From Hypanus sabinus (lineage: Eukaryota), in assembly GCF_030144855.1 (NCBI RefSeq), contig NC_082718.1, positions 92,194,001-92,258,000 of the forward strand: DNA of 64,000 bases, given 5' to 3'. Positions 51,112-64,000 of this stretch are shown one piece after another (the first letter of the stretch is position 1; each line of letters begins with the position of its first letter). The position numbers and the translations under genes were made by a program. The notes below the pieces were generated by a model. That model made no database searches, was not told the origin of the DNA, and saw only the letters and a list, made by a program, of their open reading frames with translations.

Positions 51112-51243
51112 ATGTGGAATGACATTGAACTTCTCACAAACGATGACACGGGTAGTGGTCGGCTAAATTTTGAGGCCAGAAAAGAGAGTGGTACAGCGCT
51201 TTATCAAGTCGATACTATCGCTAAAATATCCTCTTTGGTGTCG
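51112..51243 (+). CDS. KNTC1: KNTC1 (Rod, RZZ complex) first coding exon
   Basis: MWNDIELLTNDDTGSG matches the recalled KNTC1 N-terminus; 132 nt; GTAAGT donor. Confidence 0.95.
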
Positions 51244-52145
51244 GTAAGTTTCTTTAAAATATGTTTAAGTGAAGTGAAGCAGGTCACCACGCATTTAACG
51301 CAATGTTATTACAGCTTGGGATGTTCCTAAAACCGGAGTTAAGTTCGGGCACTGTTCAGAGAGGTCTCCCTACCTCTTAGTGTGGAATAGGTGGGGTTTC
51401 CGGGTGTTTCGATTTCCTCCCACAGTCCAGATACGTACTAGGTAGATTAATTGGTCATTGTAAATTGTCCTGTGATTGGGTTAGGGTTAATCGGGGTTGT
51501 GGGTTTGGGGGGAGCGGTGTGGCTGGAAGGGCCTAATCTGCATTATATTGCTGTGTAAATACACCTCAAAAACAATAAAATAGTTGTTCTGGTATAAATA
51601 GCTAGTATGCCATTGTTGTATTTCAATTAATTAATATGACTTGGCCATTAAAAAGAACACCTGAAGTCACTTTCAATACACAAAACCACTGCTGTAAATC
51701 ACTGCTAGAACTCCATGTATTAAACATTGTCGTCAAAAGCCTGTACAACTCTGTGACAATGTGTTGATTGGTCAATGGTCCTTTTGGTTTGCTACATGTT
51801 TTATATTCACACTGCAAAAAGTAAATATTTTAATACTGAAAGTCTGGTAATTGATATATCATGCAAAAATCAAGTGAATAATTTATTTTAAGACAGGGCC
51901 ATTGCTTATAGAAAAGCTATCCAGTTTCAACATGACTGAATGAATCAAACTTGCAAGTTGTTTTAATAATATGCATATCGATAATTCATTTTTCATTCTG
52001 TTTAGATTTGCAAATGGTTGATTTTGAGAAACCAAATTTATTTTTACATCAGATATGATACTCCATTTTCAATATCATCTATTTAGTTTTTAACTGACAA
52101 ATTTAATAGTTGTTATATAAAATATAATATTCACTTGTTACTTAG

Positions 52146-52266
52146 GTGTCGGTCAGTCCCAGACTTTATGCCTATAGCAATTCTGATGGCTGTGTTGTGG
52201 TGGTGGACCAATCAGTATTAATTATGGACCAGATTTGTCAGTCAGTGGTGCTGCAGCTTCAATTTG
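52146..52266 (+). CDS. KNTC1: KNTC1 exon (VSVSPRLYAYSNSDGCVVVVDQSVLIMDQICQSVVLQLQF)
   Basis: 121 nt, CTTAG acceptor and GTGAGT donor, phase 0 to 1. Confidence 0.92.
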
Positions 52267-53627
52267 GTGAGTAATATAGGCTTATTCACTTACTTTAATC
52301 CAAAATATTCTAGAGAGTTGAAGAAGACCATCACAACAGCTTCTCGTTGCACCTACGAGGACCAGTTAATAGGCAATTGTTAGCAATGCAATTATAAAGT
52401 TCTCAGTTTTTTGGCAGGCTTCCTAAAAAGTACAGTAATGCAGCTTGGGGGGGTGCTGTTGATGCAAAAATAAGTACAGACTTGTGCTTGTACTGAAGCT
52501 GTGAATGTCCTAAAGCTTTATGCCTGTATGAATTACTTAGAAATATTATCTTTATTGCCCAGTATGAAAGAGTAATCAGTAATTCAGTTGAACTGCAAAT
52601 TTTTCCAATTCCTTTCCAACTAGTGAATCAGGATTGTTATCATAAATGCCTTTATACCAATGCAGTTTGCCTGTCCTAAATCTGTTCTGAGCTTTTTCCA
52701 CTGAGAGCTCTGTAAATGGGCTTTAAAGCAAATTCAGTATCTGAAAGATGTAAACATCTGATGAATACTGAAAACATAATTTGATTTCAAAAGCCATGCC
52801 CTTAAAGTCATTATTGCTGTTTAGCTTAAATGATAATTAAGAAATAGTTGGGTAGTAGCAGTATGAAGCATTTTCTGTGGATTGCAACAGCAAAACACAA
52901 AATAGCTGATTTAGGTCCAGCATCTATCATGAATAAAACTTACTGTATTTAACTTGGGATACCGAGAGTCTCAGCAACACAGCTGAGAGAAGAATTCACT
53001 GTGTACTAAAAAAGGCAGTTCCAGTAATAACTGGACACTTAGTGATTTTTATATCAATTCAAACAGCAGTGTTAAGTGTGCAAGTGATAGGAATGCTAGT
53101 TTGGCAGACCATCAGGGCAACTGTAATATGCTTGAAATATTGCTCAATTGTCATTAAAATATTTAAGTTGAAATGAGAGCATGTGAAACAGCTGATATGC
53201 AAGTTACTTTAAATATAAACATTTATAAAGCATGGTACCACATGCTTCAGCGGGTTTCAAATACAGTGATTCGTTTGGTGACAGGTTCTTATATAATTAG
53301 TTTATCTTTCCACCTAAATGTGTTGATAAATTGAGGCTAAATACACTGGTTCTAGTTTTCCTCCTCTTTTTCCTTGAAAGTTGCTGGGATACAGTTTTAT
53401 TTCAATAACCGATCTTGCATGGAACTGAATGGTTGAGTTTTTAAAATTATTTGATTGTGACTTTTAAATCATTGGAAATTAATGTAATTGGACAAGATAA
53501 TTTCTGCATACCAATTATATCTGGTTGTGTCTCCTTCAAAACAGAGCACGTTAAGGTAATGAATTGTAGGAAAGCCTGCCCTCAGGTGATCCTAATATAT
53601 TTGAATTTTCTACTGTGTCAACTGTAG

Positions 53628-53743
53628 AAACTGAAGTGGATGTGGTGGCACTTTGTCAGGAAGGACAGTTTCTGATGGTTGGAGAAAGAAATGGAAATCT
53701 TCATCTACTGCATGTAAAGTCCAGACAAACCTTATTAACTAAT
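53628..53743 (+). CDS. KNTC1: KNTC1 exon (ETEVDVVALCQEGQFLMVGERNGNLHLLHVKSRQTLLTN)
   Basis: 116 nt, TAG acceptor and GTAAGT donor; beta-propeller segment resembling human KNTC1. Confidence 0.94.
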
Positions 53744-54102
53744 GTAAGTTGATGTTTATTTTGGTAGTTGGGATTAACTAAACAATCTTTTGTTATCAAA
53801 ACATTCCAAAAAGTGCTTTTCTCAGCAGTGATTCTTTGTGACTTCCAAAGTTCCTGATCTTTTAAGTTTTCATAGTAATTTTGTTTTGTGAATTTGAATG
53901 GTCGGACAAGTTGATATCAAATGTAAATTATTTCCAGGAATAAGCATTTGTTACTTTTTGAGGAATGTGACATGAACCACATACTATGTTGTTGCATCTG
54001 CTAATATTAATTAGCATTGTTGCTGCTGTTGGAGTTCTGTAATTAATTATTTTAGAAGTTAGATTTGAATTGTGCCATAAATAACATGTTCTTTCTTGGC
54101 AG

Positions 54103-54175
54103 TCATTGATGAAGAACTCTTCAAAAGGAAAGACTTACCTAAGCCTTACTTTGGAGGAGGAAGTCCCTCAATCAG
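54103..54175 (+). CDS. KNTC1: KNTC1 exon (SLMKNSSKGKTYLSLTLEEEVPQS); gene continues beyond the window
   Basis: 73 nt, TTCTTGGCAG acceptor and CAG|GT donor, phase 0 to 1. Confidence 0.8.
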
Positions 54176-56915
54176 GTGCCTTTTTTTTTGATTCAGCAAT
54201 TGTTTTTGGTATTCAAAAAAAAAGAACATTTTCCCTTGTTTACTTTTACCATACTTTGACATTGGAAGCCGAATGTTGTTGCTGATATTGCAGCTGATAT
54301 TTTTTCCTTAAATTCCCTATCAAGCCAGGTGTCTACTATACACTTAAGGAATTTTTAGAAGGTTATCTAACTTTACAATTTTACAAAAGTTAGCCAATAA
54401 TACAAAAGGGGATACGAAAAGTTTTTTTTCAAATGTATAAAGAGTAAAAGGTAGACGAGAGTAGACATTGGAACACTGGAAAATGACATTGGAGAGGTAG
54501 TAACAGGAGCAAAGAAAAGACAGACAAACTTGTTTAAGTATTTTGAATCTGTTTTCACTGTGAAAGACACTAGTAGAATGCCAGAAAAGTAAGAGAGTCG
54601 GGATAAAAGTGAGGATCATTGTCACTACAAAGGAGAAGGTGCTGAGGAAGTTAAAAGGTCTTGAGGTAGATAGCAGATGGTCTACAGCTTAGGTTTCTGA
54701 AAGAGGTAGCTGAAGAGATTGAGGAAGCATTAATAACGATCCTCCAAGAATCACTAGATTCTGGAATGGTCCTGGAGGACTGGAAAAATGCAAATGTCAC
54801 TCCCGTCTTCAAGAAGGACAGGAGGCAGAAGGAAGGAAATTATAGGCCAGTTAGCCTAACCTCAGTAGTTGGGAAGGTGTTGGAGTCTATCATTAAGGAT
54901 GAGGTTTCCATGTACTTGGTGGCACATGACAAAATAGATCAAAGTCAGCATGGTTTCCTTACGAAGAAATTTTGCCTGATAAACCTGTTAGAGTTCTTTA
55001 GAATTTGTTAGAATAAGATGGGATAGATAAAAGAGAGTCAATAGATGTTTGTTTGGATTTTCAGAAGGCCTTTGACAAGGTGCCACATAAGGCTACTTAA
55101 CAAGATAAGTGGTATTAAAGAAAAGATACTAGCATGGATAGAAAATTGTCTGACTGGCAGGAGCCAAGGAGTCAGAATAAAGGGAGACTTTTCTGATTGG
55201 CTGCCTATGACAAGTGATGTTCTGCATGGGTCGGTATTAGGACCACTTCTTTTCATGTTATATGTCAGAGATTTGGATGAAGGAATTTATGGTAGTGTGG
55301 CCAAGTTTGCAGAAAATATGACGACAGGTGGAGAGGCAGGTTGTGTTGAGGAAGCAGAGAGTCTGCAGAAGGATCTAGACAGATAGGGAGAATGGGCAGA
55401 TGGAATAGAGTGTAGGGTCATGCACTTTGGGAGAAGGAGTAAAACCATAGACTATTTTCTAAATGGGGGGGGGGAATTCAGAAATGAGAGGTATTTGGGG
55501 ACCTGGGAGTCCTTCTGCAAGGTTCCCCAAAGATTATCTTTCGGTCAAGATGGTGCCAGTGAACAACGATTCCTCAGGCAGCACCTTCTCGATAGTCAAT
55601 CATTTCAGTCTTTTGATGTCTTCTACTTGTTATTTTTATCTGTTGTTTTTGAAACTGTTGGAGCCTGTGACTTTGTCTGTACTTTGATTGAATGAGCTAG
55701 CACTCTGCTCAGAGACAAGGGGCTATGATTGACTACAAAGTGTCGATGCAGATTGAAACATTGAGGCAAATGTGGAAGCGAGTGAGAAGTTCTCAGTGCT
55801 GGTTCGAGTGCTGCCCTTGGAGCTGGTTCCTGATGCTCTCAGAAATGTTATCGAAATTCTTGAGATTTATGGATTGGACTGTAGTTCATATTGGCCGCTT
55901 TTGATTCTGTTTTTTTTTTTGTGTGTTCTTGTCCATTCTTGCTGCTGATTGGCAGGCTGTGGCTTTGGGCTTTGATGTTTTTGTTGTTTCTTCATGTAGG
56001 TGATCTGTTATTTTGAGGGAGGGGTTGGGGATGTTTGGGGTTTGTGAGTTTTTGTTTCTTTTCGTGCCAGGGGTGGGGGGGGGGGGGGAATTGATGTCTT
56101 TCTTTCAACTGCTGTGGTTTTCTGTATTTTATGGCAATCTGGAGAAGACAACTGTAAGTTGTACTCTGCATATGTATTTTGATAATGAAATGAAACTTTG
56201 AACTTGCAGGTTCAGTCAGTGGTAAGGAAGGCAAATGCAATGTTAGAATTCATTTCAAAAGGACTAGAATACAAAAACAAGGATGTCATGCTGAGGCTTT
56301 CTAAGGCATTTGACAGACTGCTCTTGGAGTATTGTGAACAGTTTGGGCTTTATTAAGAAAAAATGTGCTGGCATTTGGAGAAGTTCACAGCAATGATCCC
56401 AGGAATGAAAGGGTTAACACGAGCATACGATGACTGGGCCTATACTTACTTATCAAAAGGCTAGATAGAGTGGCTGTGGAGAGCATGTTTAGTGGGGGAG
56501 TTTAGAATCAGAGGGCACAGCATCAGAACAGTGGGACAACAATTTAGAACAGAGATGAAGAGGGATTTCTTTAGCCAGAGGGTGATGAATCTGGGATTCA
56601 TCATCCTCTGGCTAAATAAAATAAAAGAGAAGTATAACATAGCAAAGATGAGCGGGAAGCCAGAGGACTGGGAAACTTTTAAAGAGCAGTAGAAGATTAC
56701 TAAAAAGGCAATACGAAGGTAAGCTAGCCAAGAATATAAAGGAAGATAGTAAAAGCTTCTTTAGGGGGACTTCCGGTAAGATGGCGATTGCTTAGCTGCT
56801 CCGAACTTTGTTCTGTTACTGTCGCTATCTTTGCACTAAATGTCTCCATTTTTTAAACCTTAGTCTGGAACTTTTTCGGTACCTCTTACTTGCCTGTGAA
56901 CACATCTAACTTACA

Positions 56916-57731
56916 ATGTCTAGCAAGAGCTCTAAATCCGGGAGAAAGGAAGCTCCGGCTCTCTCAGACGAGATCCTGGCTGCGCTCAGTCAGCTCCGAG
57001 ACGAAATTTTAAAGGAATTTAAAACCGCTTTCAAACAGTTGGAGGACAAACTTGATCAAATCAACGACAAGGTGGGCAAGCATGCCCAACACTTATCTTG
57101 CATCAATTCGACTTCTGAAGATTTAGAAAGTCGTGCTCAATACTTGGAGACTCTCTGTTCCAGCTTGGAGGAAAAGTGTAACAAACTCCTTTTCAAAACG
57201 GTGGATCTCGAAAATCGCAGCAGACGCTGCAACCTTAGAATTCTTGGATTGCCAGAGGCCACCGAACAGGGATCAACAGTAAAGTTTTTCGCCAAGTTTC
57301 TCTGTGAGATATTCGGGAAAGATTTGCTTCCGAACCCACCTGAGCTCGAACGGGCACACCGGGTCCATGTTCCCACCAGAATTCTGGGCAACCGCCCGCG
57401 ACCAGTAATCTTGTGCTTCCATCAATACCAGGTAAAACACCGTCTGATCGTAGAGGCACATCGCAGAGGTTCTTTTATTTTCCAGGATACAACCATTCGC
57501 TTTGTGGAAGATTTTGCACCCCAGACCTTAAAGATGCGCGCTGAGTTTAAAGGCGCAATGAAAGTGCTTTTTGATCGTGGTTTTAAACCCTGTCTTCGTT
57601 CCCCTGCTGATCTACGAATCAAACTTAACACTGGGAAATACAAATGGTTTAAGTCAGCCAAGGAAGCTGAAGCATTTGTGGCAAGTCTTCCGGCTATCCA
57701 GTCATTTTCGGAACCCGATCAGACCTCCTAA
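56916..57731 (+). CDS. L1 ORF1p (271 aa, open)
   Basis: Coiled coil followed by RRM motifs (NLRILGLPE, ERAHR, PRPVILCF) typical of L1 ORF1p. Confidence 0.88.
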   Translation: MSSKSSKSGRKEAPALSDEILAALSQLRDEILKEFKTAFKQLEDKLDQINDKVGKHAQHLSCINSTSEDLESRAQYLETLCSSLEEKCNKLLFKTVDLENRSRRCNLRILGLPEATEQGSTVKFFAKFLCEIFGKDLLPNPPELERAHRVHVPTRILGNRPRPVILCFHQYQVKHRLIVEAHRRGSFIFQDTTIRFVEDFAPQTLKMRAEFKGAMKVLFDRGFKPCLRSPADLRIKLNTGKYKWFKSAKEAEAFVASLPAIQSFSEPDQTS

Positions 57732-58589
57732 AGTGGTGGATAAGTACTTCTTGTAGTAAAATGACTTTTTCTGGACTCAGACTTTACTTGAATCATTCAG
57801 ACATTATTCATCGTAACTCTAAGGGCTGTTGACGATCTCTCCCTGGATTTGGTGTGTGTGTAATCTATCTCTTATTGTTGTACAACTTTATCTACAGAGT
57901 TCTACAACTGACTTTAAGTTGTTTTGGAGGTTTGAAGTCTTCAGTGAAGGCCTTCCTGTTTGTTGGTTCACAGTTTAATTGCCGATCTATTTTTCCTTCT
58001 TTTTATATTTATTTATTTTATTATACTTTTTTCTTTTCTTCACCCCTTTTTTTTCTAATTTCTGAATTTTTTTTCTCTCTTCTCTGTAAATGGTTGATAA
58101 ATACTCGTCTTGAATTTATAGTTTTCCCACTTTTTTTAATCCTTTTTTTTCCTTTCTCTTACTTTATTCTTCTATAATTTTTTCGCTGGCAGGTTAGTTT
58201 TGGTCCTCTTCCGATTTTCTCTGTATTATATTCCTGCAGAAATGTGTTCTAATCTGTAGTTATGTTTTTTAGTGCATAAACTAGTTACTATTTATTATAG
58301 TATTTACACGGAACTGCTGTTAATGACACAGATCTGGAAGTTGTATTTGGGTTAATTTTTTTGGTAGAGCTAGCTACTTGTTTTGGTAGCCGTCTAGTTT
58401 TGGGTTGTTTGGGTAGGGTGGGTTTTCTAGTTCCAACATCACTCACTGTATATATTATATCTCTTTATTGCTCAGGACATGTATATGTTTTGATTTTACG
58501 AATCTATGTTTACATCTCTGCTCCCAGACTGCTATTGTACTGCTTGACTTTTTATATGCCTTCTGCCTTTTATGCATTAGTAATCGATA

Positions 58590-61115
58590 ATGGCTAGTGC
58601 ACTTAAATTCGTGAGCTGGTATGTAAAGGGATTGAATCACCCTGTTAAAAGGAGGAAGGTATTCCCACATATTAAACAACTCAAAGCTGACATTGCTTTC
58701 CTTCAAGAAACTCATATTCATTGTTCTGATAACTCCCGGCTTTTGTCAAAGTGGGCGGGTCAGCATTTTCATTCATCCTTTACCGCTAAAGCTAGGGGAG
58801 TCTCCATTCTTATTAACTCAAATATTCCTTCTGAACTCCATAATAAAATATCTGATATAAATGGCCGTTTTATTATTGTTTCTGGCAAACTATATAACAC
58901 TAAAGTTGCACTAGCAAACCTGTATGCCCCCAACTTTGATGATGTTAATTTTTTTGAACGGTTTTTTTCCTCACTACCAGACTTAAACTCATACTCTCTT
59001 ATACTGGGTGGTGACTTTAATTGCTGGTTAGATCCCAATTTGGATCGATCGTCCTCTGTTACTAGACCACCCACTAAATCTGCCTTAGCTATCCAATCGT
59101 TTCTCTCTAATTATGGTATCTCTGATATATGGCGTTTCCTCCATCCTACGGAGAGAGATTATTCTTTTTTCTCACATGTTCACCATACCTTCACTAGAAT
59201 TGATTATTTCTTACTCGATAACCAACTTATTCCATTTGCCCACTCTTGTGACTAACAGAGTATACTGATCTCTGACCATGCCCCAATTACTCTCTCTCTG
59301 AATTTGCCTGGTCTCCCTCAGAGGAATAAACACTGGCGGTTTGATTCAACTTTACTATCGGATGATGATTTTTTAAAATTTATTAAGGATCAGATAACCT
59401 TTTATTTTAACACTAATACATCACCTGAAGTGCCATCCCAGATTGTCTGGGATGCCATGAAAGCATATCTGAGGGGGCAAATAATCTCTTACACAGCAAA
59501 TCTCAACAGAAGATCCCGTGCAGATCGATTAGACCTCATTAACCAGATTAAAGAATTGGATCAAATATATGCCCAAACTAAGAACCCTGAATTATACAAG
59601 AAGTGTGTTGAACTCCAAACTAAATTTAACCTTCTGTCCACTCAACCTGTCGAACGCCAACCTCTCGAAAGCGAGAGTTGTTTTTACATTCATGGGGATA
59701 AGTCTGGTAAATTCCTAGCCAATCAGCTGAGGCGTTCCAAAGCCAAACAACATATTACAAAGATCCGGAAGGAGAACGGAGACTTTACATCGCATCATTT
59801 AGAAATTAATGACACATTTAAAAATTTTTATTCTCGGCTTTATTCCTCTGAATCTCTGAATGACAATATCTCTGTTGATCAATTTTTACAGAATCTGAAT
59901 ATCCCCTCACTTTCATCTGATTTCAAAGCCAAACTCAATGCGTCTATGTCATTAGAAGAAATATCTACTGCAATTTCTGCACCGTCCTCAGGGAAATCTC
60001 CTGGACCTGATGGGTTCCCTGTAGAATTTTATAAATCATTCTCTTCACGTCTTTCTCCTCAGTTACTTTCAGTATTATCTGACTCGTTTAATTACGGCAA
60101 ATTGCCACCCTCTTTCAGTGAGGCATCTATTATTCTTCTTTTAAAAAAGGGCAAAGACCCAACAGAGTGTTCCTCGTATAGGCCGATCTCTGCTCAATGC
60201 TGATGTAAAGATCTTAGCTAAAGTTTTGGCTCATAGATTAGAAACCGTCATTCCCTCCATTATCTCTGATGACCAAACAGGCTTTATTAAAAACCGTTTC
60301 CTTTTTTTTAACATCCGGCGTTTATTTAATATCTTATACTCACCTCCAACTGAGATTCCTGAATGTGTTATTTCCCTCGATGCGGAGAAAACATTTGATC
60401 GTATAGAGTGGAACTACCTTTTTGCAGTTTTAGAAAAATTTGACCTTGGCCAAAGTTTCATCTCTTGGATCCAATTGCTGTACCTGTGTCCTACTGCCTC
60501 TGTTTTAACCAATTTTCAGAAATCCCAAGTATTTAATCTCAAACGTGGCACCCGCCAGGGATGCCCCTTAAGTCCCTTTCTCTTTGTTCTCAAATCGGTT
60601 AACTCAACCTCTCTGTGCTCGCCACTGCCTTTTACAGTTTAAGATTGTTCATAGAGCCCATATGTCTAAATCTAAACTATCACGATTCTACCCTAGCGTT
60701 AGTCCGCTCTGTGATAAATGCAAGAGGAGCGTGGCCTCTCTCATCCATATGTACTGGTTTTGTCCTAGCTTGGAGAAATTTTGGAAAGATGTCTTCACTA
60801 CGTTATCGTGTATTCTGAATCAGCACCTAGAACCAAACCCCTTAATTGCTCTGTTCGGTTTTTGGGGCGAGACAGATTTATGTCTGGGTCCGACCAAATG
60901 CCGAATATTATCCTTTGCCCCTCTCCTGGCTAGACGCTTGATCCTCCTCAGATGGAGAGATGTTGCCCCGCCCACTCATGCTCAATGGCTTAACGACATC
61001 ATGGCCTGTTTGGACCTCGAAAAAATTCATTATTCAGTTCTCAATTCGGATCTAAAGTTCCATAAGGTCTGGGGACCTTTTATCGAGTACTTTCATAACC
61101 TTCCTCTTGACGGGT
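58590..61115 (+). pseudogene. Disrupted L1 ORF2 (endonuclease-RT-CCHC)
   Basis: FLQETH, GGDFN, RIDYF, SPGPDG and GTRQGCPLSP motifs; in-frame stop at 59253-59255; frameshift near 60195; deletion near 60585 removing the YADD region. Confidence 0.9.
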
Positions 61116-64000
61116 TTGTTTTTTTTTCTTTTTGGTCCCTTGCTTTCAACTCTTTTTTTTCTGGTAGAAGGCAGTATTATCCTCTGTTGCTGAGTGTATT
61201 CACAGTCTGGGAGTTTGGCTGTCCTGACTTATACTCTCTATATTGTGTTGTGGTCAGTCTGGAGTTGCTGTTGTTTTTTCTTGTGTTGTGGGGCTTGGGA
61301 AGGACACTAAGCTTACTTGTCTTTAATTTAGGTGCTTTTTTTTTGCTAAATTCTCTTCCTTTGTAGCATATTGTTATTGTATGCTTAATTTTGCACTGTT
61401 TTAATGTTCCTCATTGGGATTTGGGGTTTTTAATTTGTAAAATGTTTTGAAAAACGAATAAAAATTTTTTTTTAAAAAAAGCTTCTTTAGGTATGTGAAG
61501 AGGAAAAAATTAGTTAAGACCAAAGTTGGGCTCTTGAAGGTAGAAACAGGTGAATTTATTATGGGGAACAAGGAAATGGCAGATGAGTTGAACAGGTACT
61601 TTGGATCTGTCTTCACTAGGGAACACACAGACAATCTCCCAGATGTAATAGTGGCCAGAGGACCTCGGGTAACGGAGGAGCTGAAGGAAATTCACATTAG
61701 GCAGAAAATGGTGTTGGGTAGTCTGATGGGACTGAAGGCTGATAAATCCCCAAGGCCTGATGGTCTGCATCCCAGGGTACTTAAGGAGGTGGCTCTAGAA
61801 ATTGTGGACGCATTGGTAATCATTTTCCAATGTTCTATAGATTCAGGATCAGTTCCTGAGGATTAGAGGATAGCTAATGTTATCCCACTTTTTAAGAAAG
61901 GACGGAGAGAGATAACAGGGAATTATAGACCAGTTAGCCTGACGTCAGTGGTGAGGAAGGTGCTGGAGTCAATTATAAAAGATGAAATAATGGCACATTT
62001 GGATAGCAGTAACAGGATCAGTCCGAGTCAGCATGGATTTACAAAGGGGAAATCATGCTTAACTTATTTTATGAAATTTTTTTGAGGATGTAACTATGAA
62101 AATGGACAAGGGAGAACCAGTGGATGTAGTGTACCTGGACTTTCAGAAGTCCTTTGATAAGGTCCCACATAGGAGATCAGTGGGCAAAATTAGAGCACAT
62201 GGTTTTGGGGGTAGGGTATTAACATGGATAGAGTATTGGTTGGCGGACAGGAAACAAAGAGTAGGGATTAACAGGTCCTTTTCAGAATGGCACACAGTGA
62301 CTAGTGGGGTACCGCAATGCTTGGTGTTGGGACCGCAGCTATTTACAATATACATTAATGATTTAGATGAAGGGATTAAAAGTAACATTAGCAAATTTGC
62401 AGATGACACAAAGCTGGGTGGCAGATTACTATCTGAATGATGTCAAGTTGTGAAAAGGAGAAGTACAACGAGATCTGGGTGTCCTTGTTCATCAGTCACT
62501 GAAAGTAAGCACGCAGGTGCAGCAGACAGTGAAGAAAGCTGATGGCATGTTGGCCTTCATAACAAGGAGAGTTGAGTATAGGAGCAAAGAGGTCCTACTG
62601 CAGTTGTACAGAGCCCTGGTGAGACCATACCTGGAGTATTGTGTTTGGTTTTGGTCTCCAAATTTGAGGAGAGACATTCTTGCTATTGAGGGAGTGCAGT
62701 GTAGGTTCACGAAGTTGATTCCCGGAATGGCGGGACTGTCATATGTTGAAAGATTGGAGCCACTGTGCTTGTATACACTGGAATTTAGAAGGTTGAGAGG
62801 GGATCTGATTGAAACATAAAAGATTATTAAGGGATTGGACACACTAGAGGCAGGAAACATGTTCCTCATGTTGGGAGAGTCCAGAACCAGAGGCCACAGT
62901 TTAAGAATAAGGAGTAGGCCATTTAGAACAGAGTTGAGGAAAAACTTTTTCACCCAGAGAGTTGTGGGTCTATGGAATGCTCTGCCTCAGAAGGCAGTGG
63001 AAGCCAATTCTCTGTGTGCTTTCAAGAAAGAGTTAGATAGAGCTCTTAAAGATAGCGGAGTCAAGGGATACGGAGAGAAGGCAGGAACGGGGTACTGCTT
63101 GTGGATGATCAGCCATGATTACATTGAATGGTGGTGCTTGCTCGAAGGGCCAAATGGCCTACTCCTGCACCTATTGTCTATTGTCACAGGCTACTGTAGA
63201 AGCCAAGTCATTGTATATTTAGAGCTGAGGTTGATAGGTTTTTGATTAATCAGGGCATTAAAGGTTATGGGGTGAAGGCAAGAAGTTGGGATTGAGAGGG
63301 AAAATTAATCAGGCACGATGGAATGACAGAGCAGACTTGATGAGCCGAATGGAATAATTCTGCTCCTGTGTCTTGTGGTCTGAAACACTGAGACTTCCTT
63401 ACTGAAGCAGAAAGTTCTAATTTAAACTGATTTTGGCTATGTTGTTGATGTGGAGTTCAGCCAATCCTTTCATCTTCCTCAACTTAAGATTCGAAGTCAC
63501 TATTTTTTCCCATGTAGATTCTACAGGAATTTACTTTTACTGCCTGTTGTCTTTTGATTAGGTACAGTAGTAATTTACTTCCCTCAATATTTGGTGAATC
63601 ATTGCTCTGTACCGTTTGGTATAGTTGGTGCTCATAACTGGAAACAGTACTCCCCCTGCAGACTAATTGAAGCAATGTGCAGGTTCAGCTTTAGTTTTGT
63701 ATTTTATATCTTTAGATATAAACCAAGCTATAGCAAATATCTGTCTGTGCACATCAAGACTCCTTTACTCACAGCTTTAAAATCTTAACGTTAAAGGTAT
63801 ATTTACTTTCCTATTGTTACTTAATACATTATTTCATAGTCTTTTCTATAATGCTCATTGTATTGACCTTTCTGTGGTTTATTGTAATGCTTAAATTGGA
63901 ATCATCTGCTGATTTAGTTTTTCCTTTGCTGATCAGTTAGTTAAATCTCAGTAATTTGAACATACAGTAAGTGTAACAATGGTCATTATAAAATGGCAAT

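Larger units (their letters stand above)
56766..61476 (+). mobile_element. L1-clade LINE with intact 5' end and an internal RT deletion
   Basis: 5' GGGGACTTCCGGTAAGATGGCG; ORF1 56916-57731 (LENRSRRCNLRILGLPE); ORF2 APE domain from 58590; RT and CCHC fragments; A-rich tail; 15-bp TSD AAAAGCTTCTTTAGG at 56751-56765 and 61477-61491. Confidence 0.95.
56603..63180 (+). mobile_element. CR1 LINE (younger, 5'-truncated), interrupted by the L1
   Basis: Reads EDSKSFF|RYVKRKKL across the L1; YLDFQKSFDKVPH, FADDTK and LVRPYLEYC motifs; ends in a (CTATTGT)n tail. Confidence 0.9.
54380..63380 (+). mobile_element. CR1 LINE (older, outer element) split by nested insertions
   Basis: GNYRPVSLTSVVGK and GSVLGPLLF motifs; broken at about 56601 after FFSQRVMNL and resumes at about 63181 with its 3' end. 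Confidence 0.85.

Noticed and set aside
63715-63796. Candidate next KNTC1 exon (TTTAG|...AAAG|GTATAT)
   Set aside because: It has a stop in the required phase and no resemblance to the recalled KNTC1 sequence; the next exon probably lies beyond the window.

Overview
Vertebrate genomic DNA, AT-rich and repeat-dense. The repeat landscape suggests a cartilaginous fish, probably a ray or skate (inference only). The window holds the conserved ZCCHC8 - RSRC2 - KNTC1 block. ZCCHC8 (minus strand) is represented by coding exons 1-7 and has two U12 minor-spliceosome introns, one of them AT-AC. RSRC2 (minus) is complete, about 590 aa, with an RS domain greatly expanded by a 21-bp tandem repeat, an extra 42-nt exon and candidate poison exons. 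KNTC1/Rod (plus) is represented by a non-coding first exon and coding exons 2-5. Between ZCCHC8 and RSRC2, where I recall no protein-coding gene in human, there is a spliced plus-strand gene of about 434 aa that I cannot assign to a family. It sits head-to-head with ZCCHC8, uses a GC-AG intron and carries a DHNY HCF-1-binding-type motif; this is the most interesting item. Introns contain a hAT transposon with TIRs and an 8-bp TSD, three copies of a TA-flanked MITE, a decayed Gypsy element, solo LTRs, REX1, CR1 and Penelope fragments, SINEs, a faint ZBED/hAT fossil, and a nested insertion (L1 in CR1 in CR1, plus a non-autonomous element). There is one assembly gap at 50391-50767. All exon models were built by hand from splice signals and phase arithmetic. 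Comparisons to human proteins are from memory, not from database searches.
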